A stretch of DNA of 61,881 bases, filler included, from Perkinsus olseni (lineage: Eukaryota): assembly GCA_013115125.1 (NCBI GenBank). It is 10 parts of 10 records of this genome, joined end to end, with 100 filler letters (N's around TTAATTAATTAA, not from the genome) between each part and the next. Parts side by side here need not be neighbours in the genome. Positions count along the whole stretch, not along the records: positions 37,275 to 43,354 come from JABANN010001129.1; positions 43,455 to 49,533 come from JABANN010001130.1; 8 more parts are not named here. One strand, 5' to 3'. Shown here one piece after another: positions 38,537-49,533 of the stretch (positions within the stretch are counted from its first letter, which is position 1; the number at the start of each line of letters is the position of its first letter). The translations under genes and the position numbers were made by a program. The notes under the pieces were generated by a model. It was not told the origin of the DNA. It was given only the letters and a program-made list of their open reading frames with translations, and did no database searches.

Positions 38537-38608
38537 TAACCCTGGCGGGACTTGAACCCGCAGCCTGGGTCTCCGGGAACTGACGCGCTTCCATTGCGCC
38601 ACAAGGTC
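38537..38608 (-). pseudogene. tRNA-Arg(CCG) pseudogene, second copy
   Basis: Same body as 37419-37490, but the anticodon stem TCAGT/GACCC cannot pair. Confidence 0.75.
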
Positions 38609-38908
38609 GTCAAATTTAGTCGCTAATTGTCTCGATAGGCAGCAAGTGAGCCCACTGTATGCCCTCAGTTTCAGAACAACGCCGAAACCCGTCTCAGCTA
38701 GACTGGCACAAATGTATGCTGGTTCAAGAGGGATTCGCCAGGCAAGTTTATCGCGCCAGGAATGGAGCGTTCAGACACGCGAGTAGAGCAAGCTCAGGAG
38801 CCTTCCTCTCCCTTCCTTCAACTTCCACAGTCTAGCTGCTGCGTCGGCTAGATACTGCAACGAGCGCTAGGCTAGCGCCGCTAGCACTGCATGTCGCCGC
38901 AGACCTCG

Positions 38909-38975
38909 GCTCTGGTGGCCCAATTGCATAGTGCGTTGGATTTCTAAGCCAAAGGTTGCGGGTTCAAGTCCCAGA
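38909..38975 (+). pseudogene. tRNA-Arg(TCT) pseudogene, second copy with a 3' deletion
   Basis: Homologous to 38016-38089, with D-arm mismatches and loss of most of the 3' acceptor strand. Confidence 0.8.
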
Positions 38976-39722
38976 TACAACATACTCGGTGTATGCATTT
39001 ATTCAACTCCCAGTTGCTCTTCATGCGAGCTCGAATCAGCACCGTTCAAGATTCGGTCGCAGCAGTCGATCACTCCCAAAGCCCAACTCTCAACACAACT
39101 CCTTTCATCATCCATCTAGCGCGCTACACTATGTTTCTATCACTTCCTACTGCCCTTCCGAGGCGATTTTCTGCGTCTGAGGGTGTATCTACAGACGCAG
39201 CGATAACAGCCAAAAGAGTTCAAGCTCAGACTTACCGCCCAGCTTCCGATCTCATCATCTCCAGTGAGGATGCCGGGCTCTCCCCATTATCCTCTGACTC
39301 TTCTCGAGAAACCGAGTACGGCTGATTCAACGGAGCCACTCTCCACCGGGCTTGAACCTGTCATAACTTTCCTAAACTCTTCCGCACCTCGAATCGTCAC
39401 AAGGTCACAAGTCCGCCCGCACTGTCGATTCGTCCGTGAAAATACACAGAATTTCGGGAAAATTTCCAGATTTTCGCACAAGTTGCCGCAGAGCAGCAAA
39501 CACACTGCACAAGAAGTCAAACACCAATTCTCTATCGGGTTCGTGAGGGGGATATTCACTAGCAGTCCACAAAGTGAAATCAGAAGGTAAATTTCATAGT
39601 AATCCAGATAGTAACCAAATTTTCGCCAGCGCAGGCGAGAAAAAGTTTAAAAAGAAACTGTAAATTTTTGGTTTTCCTCAAAAAGCACAGAACCTGTATA
39701 CCGATAAAATTAACGGTCAAAC

Positions 39723-42700
39723 TCATTTCTCATGAGCTCCTACCGCTCTATGAAGCCTCGTAATGGCGTTATCGATTTTGAACCGAAGCCGTATCATCTC
39801 CATTTTAGGGAAGACCATTTGTCGCCCTTCCTGAAAGTAGTCGCGCATCACCTCGGGCGTCGGATTCTTTATAATTTGCGTGAAGTACCTGACAAGCAAA
39901 CGCATGCTCGATACTCTCTTAATAACGTATCCAAGGTTGACCCTTGGCAGATACCAACTAGCTCAAGGGCAGCACCCAGGAAACCGCAGAGAATTTCACA
40001 TAAAAATCAACTTTTTCGCAGTCCTTCCTACAGCATCGAATTCTCAGCACGCTACACGCCCAACCTAAGCCAACGGAGCTCAGTTGAACTAATCTTCACG
40101 ATTGAAGTCAAGTGCGGGAAAGCGGGAAATGTGATAGAATTATGATTCTCGCGCGCTCGTACAGTGCTCCAAATTAATTTGGACTTTACACCCAAAAAAT
40201 TGAATCTGTCGTAACTACTAGGACTGGTGCCTGCTAGCGGCCTCGCACGCGAGCGCGTCTCAGCTAGGCGGCCGCGCCCTTTGTTAGCTTAGCTTCGGTA
40301 AGCTCAGCTGCCTTTCCTTTGACTTCATGTCTAGTTCGTTAGCGGAGGATCAGGGGACCACCAACAGCACACATTCTAAATCAACGCGAAGCACTGCACT
40401 CCTAGGGTGCTCCAACTAAGTTGGAATATAGCCTAAAAACCCAATTTCGCCTCAACTACTGAGGACCTGGACCTGACTAATTCCCCACCCTCGACGGCCT
40501 TACCAGAGTTTCAACGTCGGTGGCGTGACGGTAATATTGCCGTCGAATGTCTGCAAGAAAAGTCTCGACCAGTCGGCGGAGTAATGCTGTGGGAGGAGCT
40601 CCAACTCGCTCACTAGACGAGCGTTTTTGCGCAGGTCTTCTTTCAAGAAAACCTAAAAAAGACCGCACATGGAATTGAACCTGGACGGTCGGGTTCGTAC
40701 CTCCAGCGAACTGAGCAAGAACCCCCCACGCCATTCCCGCCAGAAGTTCAGCGGCCGTCCAGCCTCCCCCTTATTCCAAAAGAAGAATGGTATAATGTGC
40801 GGATTCACCTAGTACAAACAAAAGCAGTGCTTCACTTAGCGCGCGCCCCAGCGATCGATTCAGCTAACCTGGCTGGTGATGAAGACATGGGCGTGAAACA
40901 TCTCTCCAAGGCCTTGCTGAGGAGTATCAGCCTAAAAAAATGATAAAATGCGGCAAGAAAACAGCGGAGCGAAGCAGCGAGTGCTTACCTGCAGAGAACC
41001 GTCCATGAAGTAACTGTTGTCAGAGGCGAATGCGCCTCCACCGGTGTATTGACTGATTTCCTGAGTGAACATCAGAGAGGTTGATGCTGGTCACTCTCGG
41101 AAAAAAAGATACACAGGAATGAGAATAAATCGCCCATGCTAGCTCGCAGTGGCGAAGAGAACGGAGATTTCGAGCCGCCCGGAACACTCTTCTTTGCCTT
41201 TTTTCTGTTCATACTGCAAGGCGGTGTTGATCAGAGTTGATAGACAGGTTGAAGCATGTAAGATACGGATGAAGTCCACTCACGGAACGGCCGAAGTCAA
41301 AAATGTAGTGATAGAAAATTTTCACAAAGCGAGGCGGCGTAAACTCACTCCCGTTTCGGGGTCCTTGATCAGGAGCGGTTGCGGAGGCAGTAAGTATGGC
41401 ATGGCCGACGAGCATAGTACAGCCGATCGTATCAAAACCTGATGGAAGAATCTTAGGTTTGACCATCCGATAGCGCAGAATAGCATCTTTACGTTTGGTG
41501 CTGAACGGTAATGTAACAAAAGCGGCTCCCCTCCTGTGGAGGAATTAGAACCTGAAACGATAAGGTGATAAGTCAATGTTGATGCGTGGAAGATACGGAG
41601 AAAAAGACACTCAGGTGACCGAGGCGACGGACATGAACAACGTCAACCTCAAAGATACTACTCCTAAACCGTCTGAGAAGAATCTGCCGAATTTACAGCA
41701 GCATCGAGAGAAAAAAGGTATAATCAATAAGAGATAACCATCCAAATGAACAGAACAACTCCCAGAACTCTAGGTCATTTAAACTTTCATAAATCAGAGA
41801 AAATCAGCATGAGCACCGATGACGTGAGATACTATCAGTATCAGACGAGGGAGTAGCAAAAGACAACTTACTGCATGTAAGCACGAGGACTCTGTTGGTA
41901 CGTTGAAAGGCCTCAAGAAAAGTAATATCTCTATCACTGAGAAAAAAACAAAATCGATCATGTGATCGATATTACTTCCACAACCTACCCCAGCCATTCG
42001 GCGAGAAGATCGTGCCACGGAGTCGGGTCGAACATGTACCCAGTACGAAAGAATCTGATACAAAAACCGATAATCGATCGCGCGATCGATTTCAAATATC
42101 CTACCTCCTAATACAGGTCCACCAACTGTCGTTGCCAGGTGTCCATTTTGGCTGAACGACTTCCGGCTTGACGATGCTCGGCAACTCCTCATCAGTGTGC
42201 GTGCAAAGATACGCCGCCACTACAGAACCCCCACTGGTGCCTACAAACGTATCTTAGGTTGAAGCTAGGCTCCGACAGAATTTACCGCAGATGACTTTAG
42301 GCAGGCATCCTTGCTCGATCATCGTTTCCACAATACCAAAATGCATCAGCGCCATCATCCCTCCGCCAGACAGACAAAGAGCTGGCTGTCCAAAAGTAAG
42401 CCTAAAAATTACAGAAAAATGCAGCATGCCGGGATCGAACCCGGGACCTCTTACATAATATCGTTCAGAAATTCCGAGTACAGATGCTTTTCTATTGAAT
42501 CATTTTTCTTGGAATCTTCCGTCTTCAAGTGCGCCGTCAACTCATCAATAGTATCAGCAACCAACTCGTAAAACTCCGTGATGCATTTCTTCGTACCTGT
42601 TCCGAAAAATGACCAAACGTTTAAGAAAATGGGGAAATTTCTCCGTCACACCACCAAAATACCAAACCGCGAAACCCCCCACTCAAGCCAAAATCGGACT

Positions 42701-43047
42701 GAATGCTGGCACAAAAACTGCAAATATGAATCGCTTCGCTCCGCTTACCAAGAAAGCTCTTCGAGAAGAGATACTCATCTGTTCCAATGCCCGCAAATCC
42801 CGTCACAAGTATTTGTCTCAGCAGCGCCAACTTGTGCTCCAACGACTTGGCAGAACGGAGCTCCTCTCCTGTGGGCGAGCGCTTTTTCTTCAAACATTTG
42901 AAATTCGACAATTTCTAGTACCGTGTGACTTGATGCACAGCGAAGAGTATCCAACCCCATCATCAGTATCTTTCCACTTTTCGATCCAAGATACGCTCTG
43001 GTCCAGTTCTCGAGCGGCTTTCTTGTACGTCTCATAATCGCTGGCAC
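39723..43047 (-). CDS. SDP1/TGL4-like patatin-domain triacylglycerol lipase (multi-exon, 5' truncated)
   Basis: YETYKKAARELD, FGQPALCLSGGG, LPKVICG|TSGGS (GxSxG), TFLEAFQRTNR, VLIRSAVLCSSAMP, FMDGSLQ|AD, NPHIIPF, IIKNPT...EGRQMVFPKMEMIR. Confidence 0.9.
42420..42454 (-). pseudogene. tRNA 3'-half forming the 5' part of a 53-nt lipase intron (42402-42454)
   Basis: Intron = GTAAGAGGTCCCGGGTTCGATCCCGGCATGCTGCA TTTTT CTGTAATTTTTAG; removing it restores EFLNDIM-LTFGQPALCLSGGG. Confidence 0.75.
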
Positions 43048-43154
43048 CTGACAAGAACAACCGTCGACCAAAAAACGTGTAAAATGGTGGAAACCCCCGT
43101 TTAATCGTGCGTAAAATTATCACGAATTTGCGGCAGAAATCCATCATTCAGACG

Positions 43155-43354
43155 GGCTGTTCAATAAACCGTTCCTGAGTTTCAGGAACGTTCCCAGGAA
43201 CGAGAATGCACAAATCTTGTTCAAAAAACACACGTTAGGAACGTTCCTAGGAACATTCCCAGGAACGTGCCCAGGAATGTTCCAGGAACGTAAATTTCAG
43301 GAACAGTCGAACCGTGCCTGAGAATTTTGTGGCGCGTGACAAACATTTTTGTGG
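43155..43354. repeat. Cluster of AGGAACGTTCC-type short palindromic repeats (candidate DNA-transposon end)
   Basis: About eight AGGAAC/GTTCC motifs after GGGCTGTTC, running towards the contig end. Confidence 0.55.
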
Positions 43355-43454
43355 NNNNNNNNNNNNNNNNNNNNNNNNNNNNNNNNNNNNNNNNNNNNTT
43401 AATTAATTAANNNNNNNNNNNNNNNNNNNNNNNNNNNNNNNNNNNNNNNNNNNN

Positions 43455-43526
43455 GACCTCAACAGTCGGGTTACCACGAGAATCGAGAATCTCACGACCC
43501 TTGATGGAGATGATAGTAGAAGCCAT
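43455..43526 (-). CDS. ENO: Enolase, first 24 codons (copy 1, runs off the contig)
   Basis: MASTIISIKGREILDSRGNPTVEV, the invariant enolase N-terminal motif. Confidence 0.95.
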
Positions 43527-44351
43527 TGTTAGTACTGTAAGTAGGAGGGGAAGTATCAAACTGAAACTACAATAGAACCATTATGATACCGGGATTGAAT
43601 AGCTACGACCTGTTGAGTGATGATGATGAACAGCCAGTGCACAGCGGGCTGTCGTCGCCGCGCCATCGCTTAAATCGCTCTGCTACTGACACAATAGGGG
43701 GACAGGAGATTACTTGAGTTGCTCTACTGATGCTAAATTCACCATACCACAACATCCGCAACACTTGTAGTCGCATACAGTATGTAATAACGATAAAGAT
43801 GCAAAATGCAGTAGTGGGGCCGCTACGCGACAGTAGCCGCCCTGTTCGAGGACTCGAACCAGCACCACGGCACGTGGCATGATGGCCTGCTTTCTGCTTC
43901 ATAACAGACAGCCGCATTCCGCTGTTATAATACGTGAGCGATACTTGATGATTCCCTCGTGTTAATCAGTAACGACCATGGATGTTGCTGTAGTGAGGTA
44001 GCCCCCACCTCGGGATGACTTCTCGAGGCCTTCCCTGAAAGGTCTAGCACGGTCTTAGCTCTTAATCGCGATACCTGTCACTATCCAATAGGCCACACAC
44101 TCCCGTAACGGAGGATCCCTATGCTTCATAATGATACCGTCCAGCCATGGGATACCTCTCGAACACGTTAATCGTGCCACACTCCGGCATAGCGGATTTG
44201 GACGTGACGGTTCGAGACGGGGTCTCTGAAGGTGCATGACCCAGGGAGGAAGAGCACGGAGGAGACCGATACAATAGGCCTGATATCTATACTCTTGACA
44301 AGGGAGTTTCACGGTGAATGATTAAGTGGCGCGTGACAGCAGCTCACTTCC

Positions 44352-44388
44352 ATCCGAAAGGTCCCCGGTTCGAATCCCATTGGGCGGC
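44352..44388 (+). pseudogene. tRNA 3'-half-like element; inverted homolog at 48789-48826
   Basis: ATCCGAAAGGTCCCCGGTTCGAATCCC, mirrored on the minus strand by ATCCGAAAGGTCCCCGGTTCGAACCCC. Confidence 0.65.
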
Positions 44389-44761
44389 TCGTTTATCTTT
44401 TTCCGCTAACAAGTACGGAAAACTCACAACGTCAGCCTACATTAAGTGAGCCCTCCTTATCCTACAGATCGCGGGTCAAAGTTTAATCGTTAAGCATTCG
44501 AATTGAGCCTCCGACTGGCATGCCTTACATAGCTGAGCAACAAGGGTACAATGTTTGGGCGTGATTGAAGCAAAATTGCAAATTGTATACAAAGTTGCAT
44601 AGTAACCTCTTCAACCCCTTTTTGAAGCAACTTCTCACAGTACGGCAGGAGGTACTCTGCCTTCGCTCAACCGCCTCTCCCGCCACTCATGGGTCGGAGT
44701 CCCCGGACCGGGAGGAGGTACGAACCGGATGCATCTCGCGTGCCGACTAAATTGCTTTGAG

Positions 44762-44813
44762 GTTTTACTAATTTGGGCTGGGGTTATACTAATTTGGGCT
44801 GGGGTTTTACTAA
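44762..44813. repeat. 21-bp tandem repeat (~2.5 copies)
   Basis: GTTTTACTAATTTGGGCTGGG / GTTATACTAATTTGGGCTGGG / GTTTTACTAA. Confidence 0.85.
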
Positions 44814-46160
44814 GTAGGTCTGGAAATGGTGTAGACAACCCCACGACATCAGCAGCCTTCACAACGCCAGGCCCTATTCTTCTACTCGCGGCGGCACTCG
44901 GCACTCCCTCAGCACCTTCGTCCTCCTCCTCCTCCTCTTTTCAGAAGACGGTGGAGATAGTCTCCTGTGGGCCCTCCCAGTCGACTCGGCCGATATGCTC
45001 GCAAGTGAGCAGTTCCCCGCTGCTCGGCCTAGCGATGGCGTCGGAAGATCCAAGGTCCTGATAGATCATCTATCATAGATGTGGCAAGTTACATAGCTGT
45101 CCTCACCACCGCTGAGTAACACCGCCAGATCCCCCCTTCGACAGAATACCAAGGCAGCAGTAGTATCACAGTACCCTGTCTGACGACACTTGTGCAAAAC
45201 CCGTAGTTCTCTGGGTGGATGGTAGTCTAGTAACACCATCGCGTCACCGCCTCCTCTAACAACAACTATCCGTCTTCCATCCAGCCACACGACGCATTCC
45301 AGCTCAACCTGATCCCCTCAACCAATGACATTCTTTACACTCAGACAAGCAAGACGACAACCCGTGACGCCCTCCATTGAGCTTTCCCGATTCATTAGCC
45401 CAAACTCTGAGGATTCCATCGTCGGACACCCCCGCGAGGACACTGCAACCCGCACAGCCTCTCCTCGAAAGACCTACCGGGACCCTACCTTTCCTCTACT
45501 GGAGACGGCGTAACAGTCGGTATCGCAGTCATGGCATATGCCAACCCTGGCAAAGCGAGGCGGTAGGCTTCTCCACTTTATTCTAGACCACTCCTCCTCC
45601 TCCGATGGCGCTTCTGAGGTCCTCGATGGTACAAAGACAAACGACCATTATTGGTGAACTTATCCGGGCTCCAGTCTGACGTGATCGCTATGATGACCAA
45701 ACTGTTGGCGTGCGAAGAGCCCGCCTCCCAAAGCCGAGCATCCCCGATGTCCAACTACCAACTAAGACAACTACAGGAGAAGCGGGATGGTGGCCGATGG
45801 AGGGCCGAATCGGGTCGGCGCGGAATACGAGGCTAATGATGATATGTCGAGGTCACTCAGTCGCCCATGGATGACTCAAAGGCTGAATCTGGTTGAAGGA
45901 AAGTTGATGATTACAGAATTTATGAATCGTCAATGGTTGCTGTTGTTAACCTCATCAGGAGTCTTACAACTCATACTCAACGCATGCACTGTCCCGCCAG
46001 GATTGGAGTCCATCTCCTCAGACAGTATCGAGTACATCAACCTGAGGGAGGAGGAGGAGGAGAGGCTGCTGCTGCTGTCTTCCACTAGGGAGGCCATGGC
46101 CTCCTACAACGCCAGTACACGCCCAGAGGCGCAACAAATGGCAGAACCACGGATACGATA
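44800..46160 (-). CDS. WD40-repeat protein fragments
   Basis: VLAGVSDDGILRVWA and AVLLSGGEDSYVTC WD40-like motifs; exon structure unresolved. Confidence 0.45.
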
Positions 46161-46297
46161 ACGGGAAGAAAAGAACGATATGACTCATCGACGGCCCCGG
46201 GTAGTATGAATTTCGCGTTGGGGTGGGGTTGAACTGAGGCTCGACGCCAGCTGAAGTTCTCCCCCGCCAATATTGATCCAGACCCTTCCTGTTTGCC

Positions 46298-46591
46298 TTA
46301 CTTCTGCCGCTGTACTCGATTGAGGCCTTTAAAACCATCAGAAACAACCTCCACTCGGAAATGGGTTTCCAGCCGATCACTACCCTGAGGAAGGAAAAGC
46401 GATAATGTTGATGACTTCCCACCAAAAAGTAGGTAGTTGTGAGTGACCGCGCGCCACGAAATTATCCAGCAGCCTACCCGCATAGGGGCATGGGACGCAT
46501 GCTTGGCCGAGTCGTCGATGATGTTGATGAGCGTGGGCTTGAGCCTGTCGGTGACCTTCCGGAGTATCGCCGTGTATGTTGCACGGGACAT
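46298..46591 (-). CDS. BolA-family protein (C-terminal exon not resolved)
   Basis: LKPTLINIIDDSAKHASH...ETHFRVEVVSDGFKGLNRVQRQK. Confidence 0.85.
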   Translation of the reverse strand: MSRATYTAILRKVTDRLKPTLINIIDDSAKHASHAPMRVGCWIISWRAVTHNYLLFGGKSSTLSLFLPQGSDRLETHFRVEVVSDGFKGLNRVQRQK

Positions 46592-48224
46592 TGAAGACGA
46601 TGAGGGAGAGGTGGTGGTGGAGGAGGGGTAAGGCTGAAAGAGATCGTTTCTACTGAAGCGCAAGGGAGTGTCTTGGTTGAAGACCCTCGGAAGGGAATTC
46701 AGTCTCTTCGCAAAATACAGGCAGATTTTCTGAACGAGCCACTCTACATACCAAAACTTTCACAACTTACAGCTCCATACTAAACCCCGTCGATTAAAAA
46801 GACATTACTCTCTCACGCTTCCGCCCTTTCGATGATGATTTGTGCTTCATCGCGGCCGGGGCGTGAGCCCGATTAAGCCTAGCGCAGTACAGTCCAGCAG
46901 CCGTTAATGCCGCTAGCGCAGTGAGTGCTACAACGACAGTCCTCCTCGACACTGCATCGGCAGAGGGGAGGGACATCGGGCCCTGATGGGAGTCCACGAG
47001 AATAACCCCGAAAATAGGAACGCTACGGGGGGGTATGACCGTCTCATCTAAACGCAAGTGAATATCCTCTGACGAGACCGTTGGTCATGGCATGTTGTTA
47101 GTAATTCGCGTCCCCGACGGACGCCAGGTCCGCCAAATGCTCGAAGGGCTCCTTGACGCCGCCCACAGCAACCTGCAACACCACCAGCAGCAGCATCATC
47201 GATTACTGCAGAGAGGAAGAGTGAAAGGACCGAGGTGGTGAGATAATAATCCATGCCTGCCCGTCGAGCGAAGGCCCGCCCGATTTTCTCGGCCTGCTCT
47301 CGACCATGAGACCCTGGAAGATCGCTCTTGGTGGCGATGATAACACCGCGGATGAACCTACGAGATTGTGGGAGGGCCCAATGATCGGTATCACGGACGA
47401 CGAGTAGTGGGTGTTTGGTTAGGTCGAGCCCGGGCCTCGTTGAGGGTCGTGTTTACCCTGTTCTATTGGCAGTTTTCGTTTTTTCTATCAGTTTCCACCA
47501 TCCATCCAACCCTTGAGCACTTAGCGGGGAGTTGACATCATAGACGAAAGCTATAAGCAAGCTGGGATCATCGAGCTGAAACAGAGAGCAGAAATTCCGG
47601 GCAATGAGGGCTGCCAAACTACGCTAAGTCATTTCGAAACCAACTCATACACCTTTGCGCGGCCTTGAAAGCGCAAACTTCCGCTGCCTAGTGCCCACAG
47701 GCCGTATGGCAGTACTGATAAGAATGGTCTCTATTGTCACAGTGGATTTTGATTGCCCCGACAGAACTCCCGACCGAGCATATTGGACAGTAGAGAACTC
47801 GTTAATCCATGCGAGCGCGTCACTAGTTAGACGACGAGGTATTTGGCTACCTTGAAAGTGTCATAGTTACTCGCTTGCTTTAATCTTATCAGTTTGATAT
47901 TTAGGGGATTGGAGAGAATTCGCATCTTGCCAGCAGCTTTCCAGGCTCGACAGAACCCTCACCCGAAAAGACGAGAGCTGGAAAACGACATTGGAACCCG
48001 TCAAGTTTTCACAATGAATCAAGGAAAATAGCGACTCCTTCGAATTCGATCTATCAATAACATAAGACACCTCACAAGGCTCCTCATCATAGACGATGGA
48101 GAATTCCTACTACAGTGCTTCAATGAACTTTGGTACCACGAGTTCTCCAAGGGTCGTGGGAATATCAGAAGGACATAGAGGTGGGATTTGGGGGAAAAGT
48201 GGTACTAAAACATCTTGCTAGGCT

Positions 48225-48720
48225 TCATACAGACAAGAGTATCTCAGTGTGACCGCGGAAGCAATTCGTGCTAGTCGGCGCCCACCCTACAAAGCGACGG
48301 AAGAGGACATCATCTCCGCCGATGCTGGCAGTGAGGCCCGGGGTGTCGATGATGTTCAGTTGGGCATAGCCGCCGGGGGTCGCCATCGAGAGGGAAGTAA
48401 TCTCGGGCCCGACAGTCTGAATACGACGAGGTTCATGCAGAGAAGGGGAGGCAAAGGCTACCATGTTGTAGGCCTTTGAGAAAGCTCGGGCTGGATCATC
48501 TTCCCCTTCAGCGGCTATCAGAGCTCGGATTAAAGACGTTTTCCCTGCGGCTTGTTGGCCAACCTGGAAAGCGAGTTGTGAGCCTCCAAGTTGACCTATT
48601 CCGTATCTTGCTGGCTCAACCTCAATGATACCAGTGCCAGTGTTAGTCTCCGTGTTATGAGAGCATTCGGCCCAGCGAGGGATTCTATTCCTGGTTCGAT
48701 GTAGCCGACGTCCATCCTTC
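48225..48720 (-). CDS. P-loop GTPase-domain protein (G1/G3 fragment)
   Basis: VGQQAAGKTSLIRAL (G1) and NIIDTPGL (G3). Confidence 0.6.
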
Positions 48721-49461
48721 TGAAGACTAGGCAGGTTGATGAGGATAACCAAGCGAAGAGAGTACGTTCGTTGACGTAAAAGATGAAAGCGCCTCCGATG
48801 GGGTTCGAACCGGGGACCTTTCGGATGAAAGCAGGTTGTAAGGCGCCACTTAATGATTCACAATGAAACATTTAGGATAGTATCCGTTGTAGCCGAGGTT
48901 ATTGGCCCTCTCTATGCTCATGTCCTCTCGGGCACGTTTTTGCAGAGACCACGTCTGAAGCCACTATGCCTGAATCCGTTATGCTGTGTCTAACGACGTC
49001 TACACGCTTTAGAGGTGTCGCGCGGCAGGACGGTATCATTATGAAGGTAGCCTTCATCAGACTGTGGCCTATGGGCAATTGACGGATATCGCGGTTGAGT
49101 GATGAGACCATCGTAGATCTTCAAGTCCTCGAAGAGGTCTCCCTCCTAACAGGCCCAACTCGATCATGGTGAATCGGCCAACATCCACCACTGGGTGTTG
49201 CCGTAACACCAGATGTAACATCGTTGCGGGTGTTGTGGTATGGTGAATGTTGCATAATTAGAGCAGCTCACGCGATCTCCTGTCCCCCTATTGTGTCAGT
49301 AGCAGAGCGATTTAAGCGATGGCGCGGCGACGACGGCCCGCTGTGAATCACGCTGTTCTTCATCATCATCACTCAACAGTTTATACCTATTCAATCCCGG
49401 TATCATAATGGTTCTGTTGTAGTTTCAGTTTGATACTCCCTTCCCTTCTTCCTTAATAATA

Positions 49462-49533
49462 ATGGCTTCTACTATCATCTCCATCAAGGGTCGTGAGATT
49501 CTCGATTCTCGTGGTAACCCGACTGTTGAGGTC
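49462..49533 (+). CDS. ENO: Enolase, first 24 codons (copy 2, runs off the contig)
   Basis: Exact reverse complement of 43455-43526. Confidence 0.95.

Noticed and set aside
39340-39363. tRNA T-arm-like string ACAGGTTCAAGCCCGGTGGAGAG (minus strand)
   Set aside because: It lies in apparently coding sequence, with no D-arm or anticodon arm; probably chance.
48601-48620. Spliced-leader-like CCGTATCTTGCTGGCTCAAC (also AGCCATCATGGCTG near 24921)
   Set aside because: Too many differences from the Perkinsus SL, and wrong orientation for the adjacent ORF.
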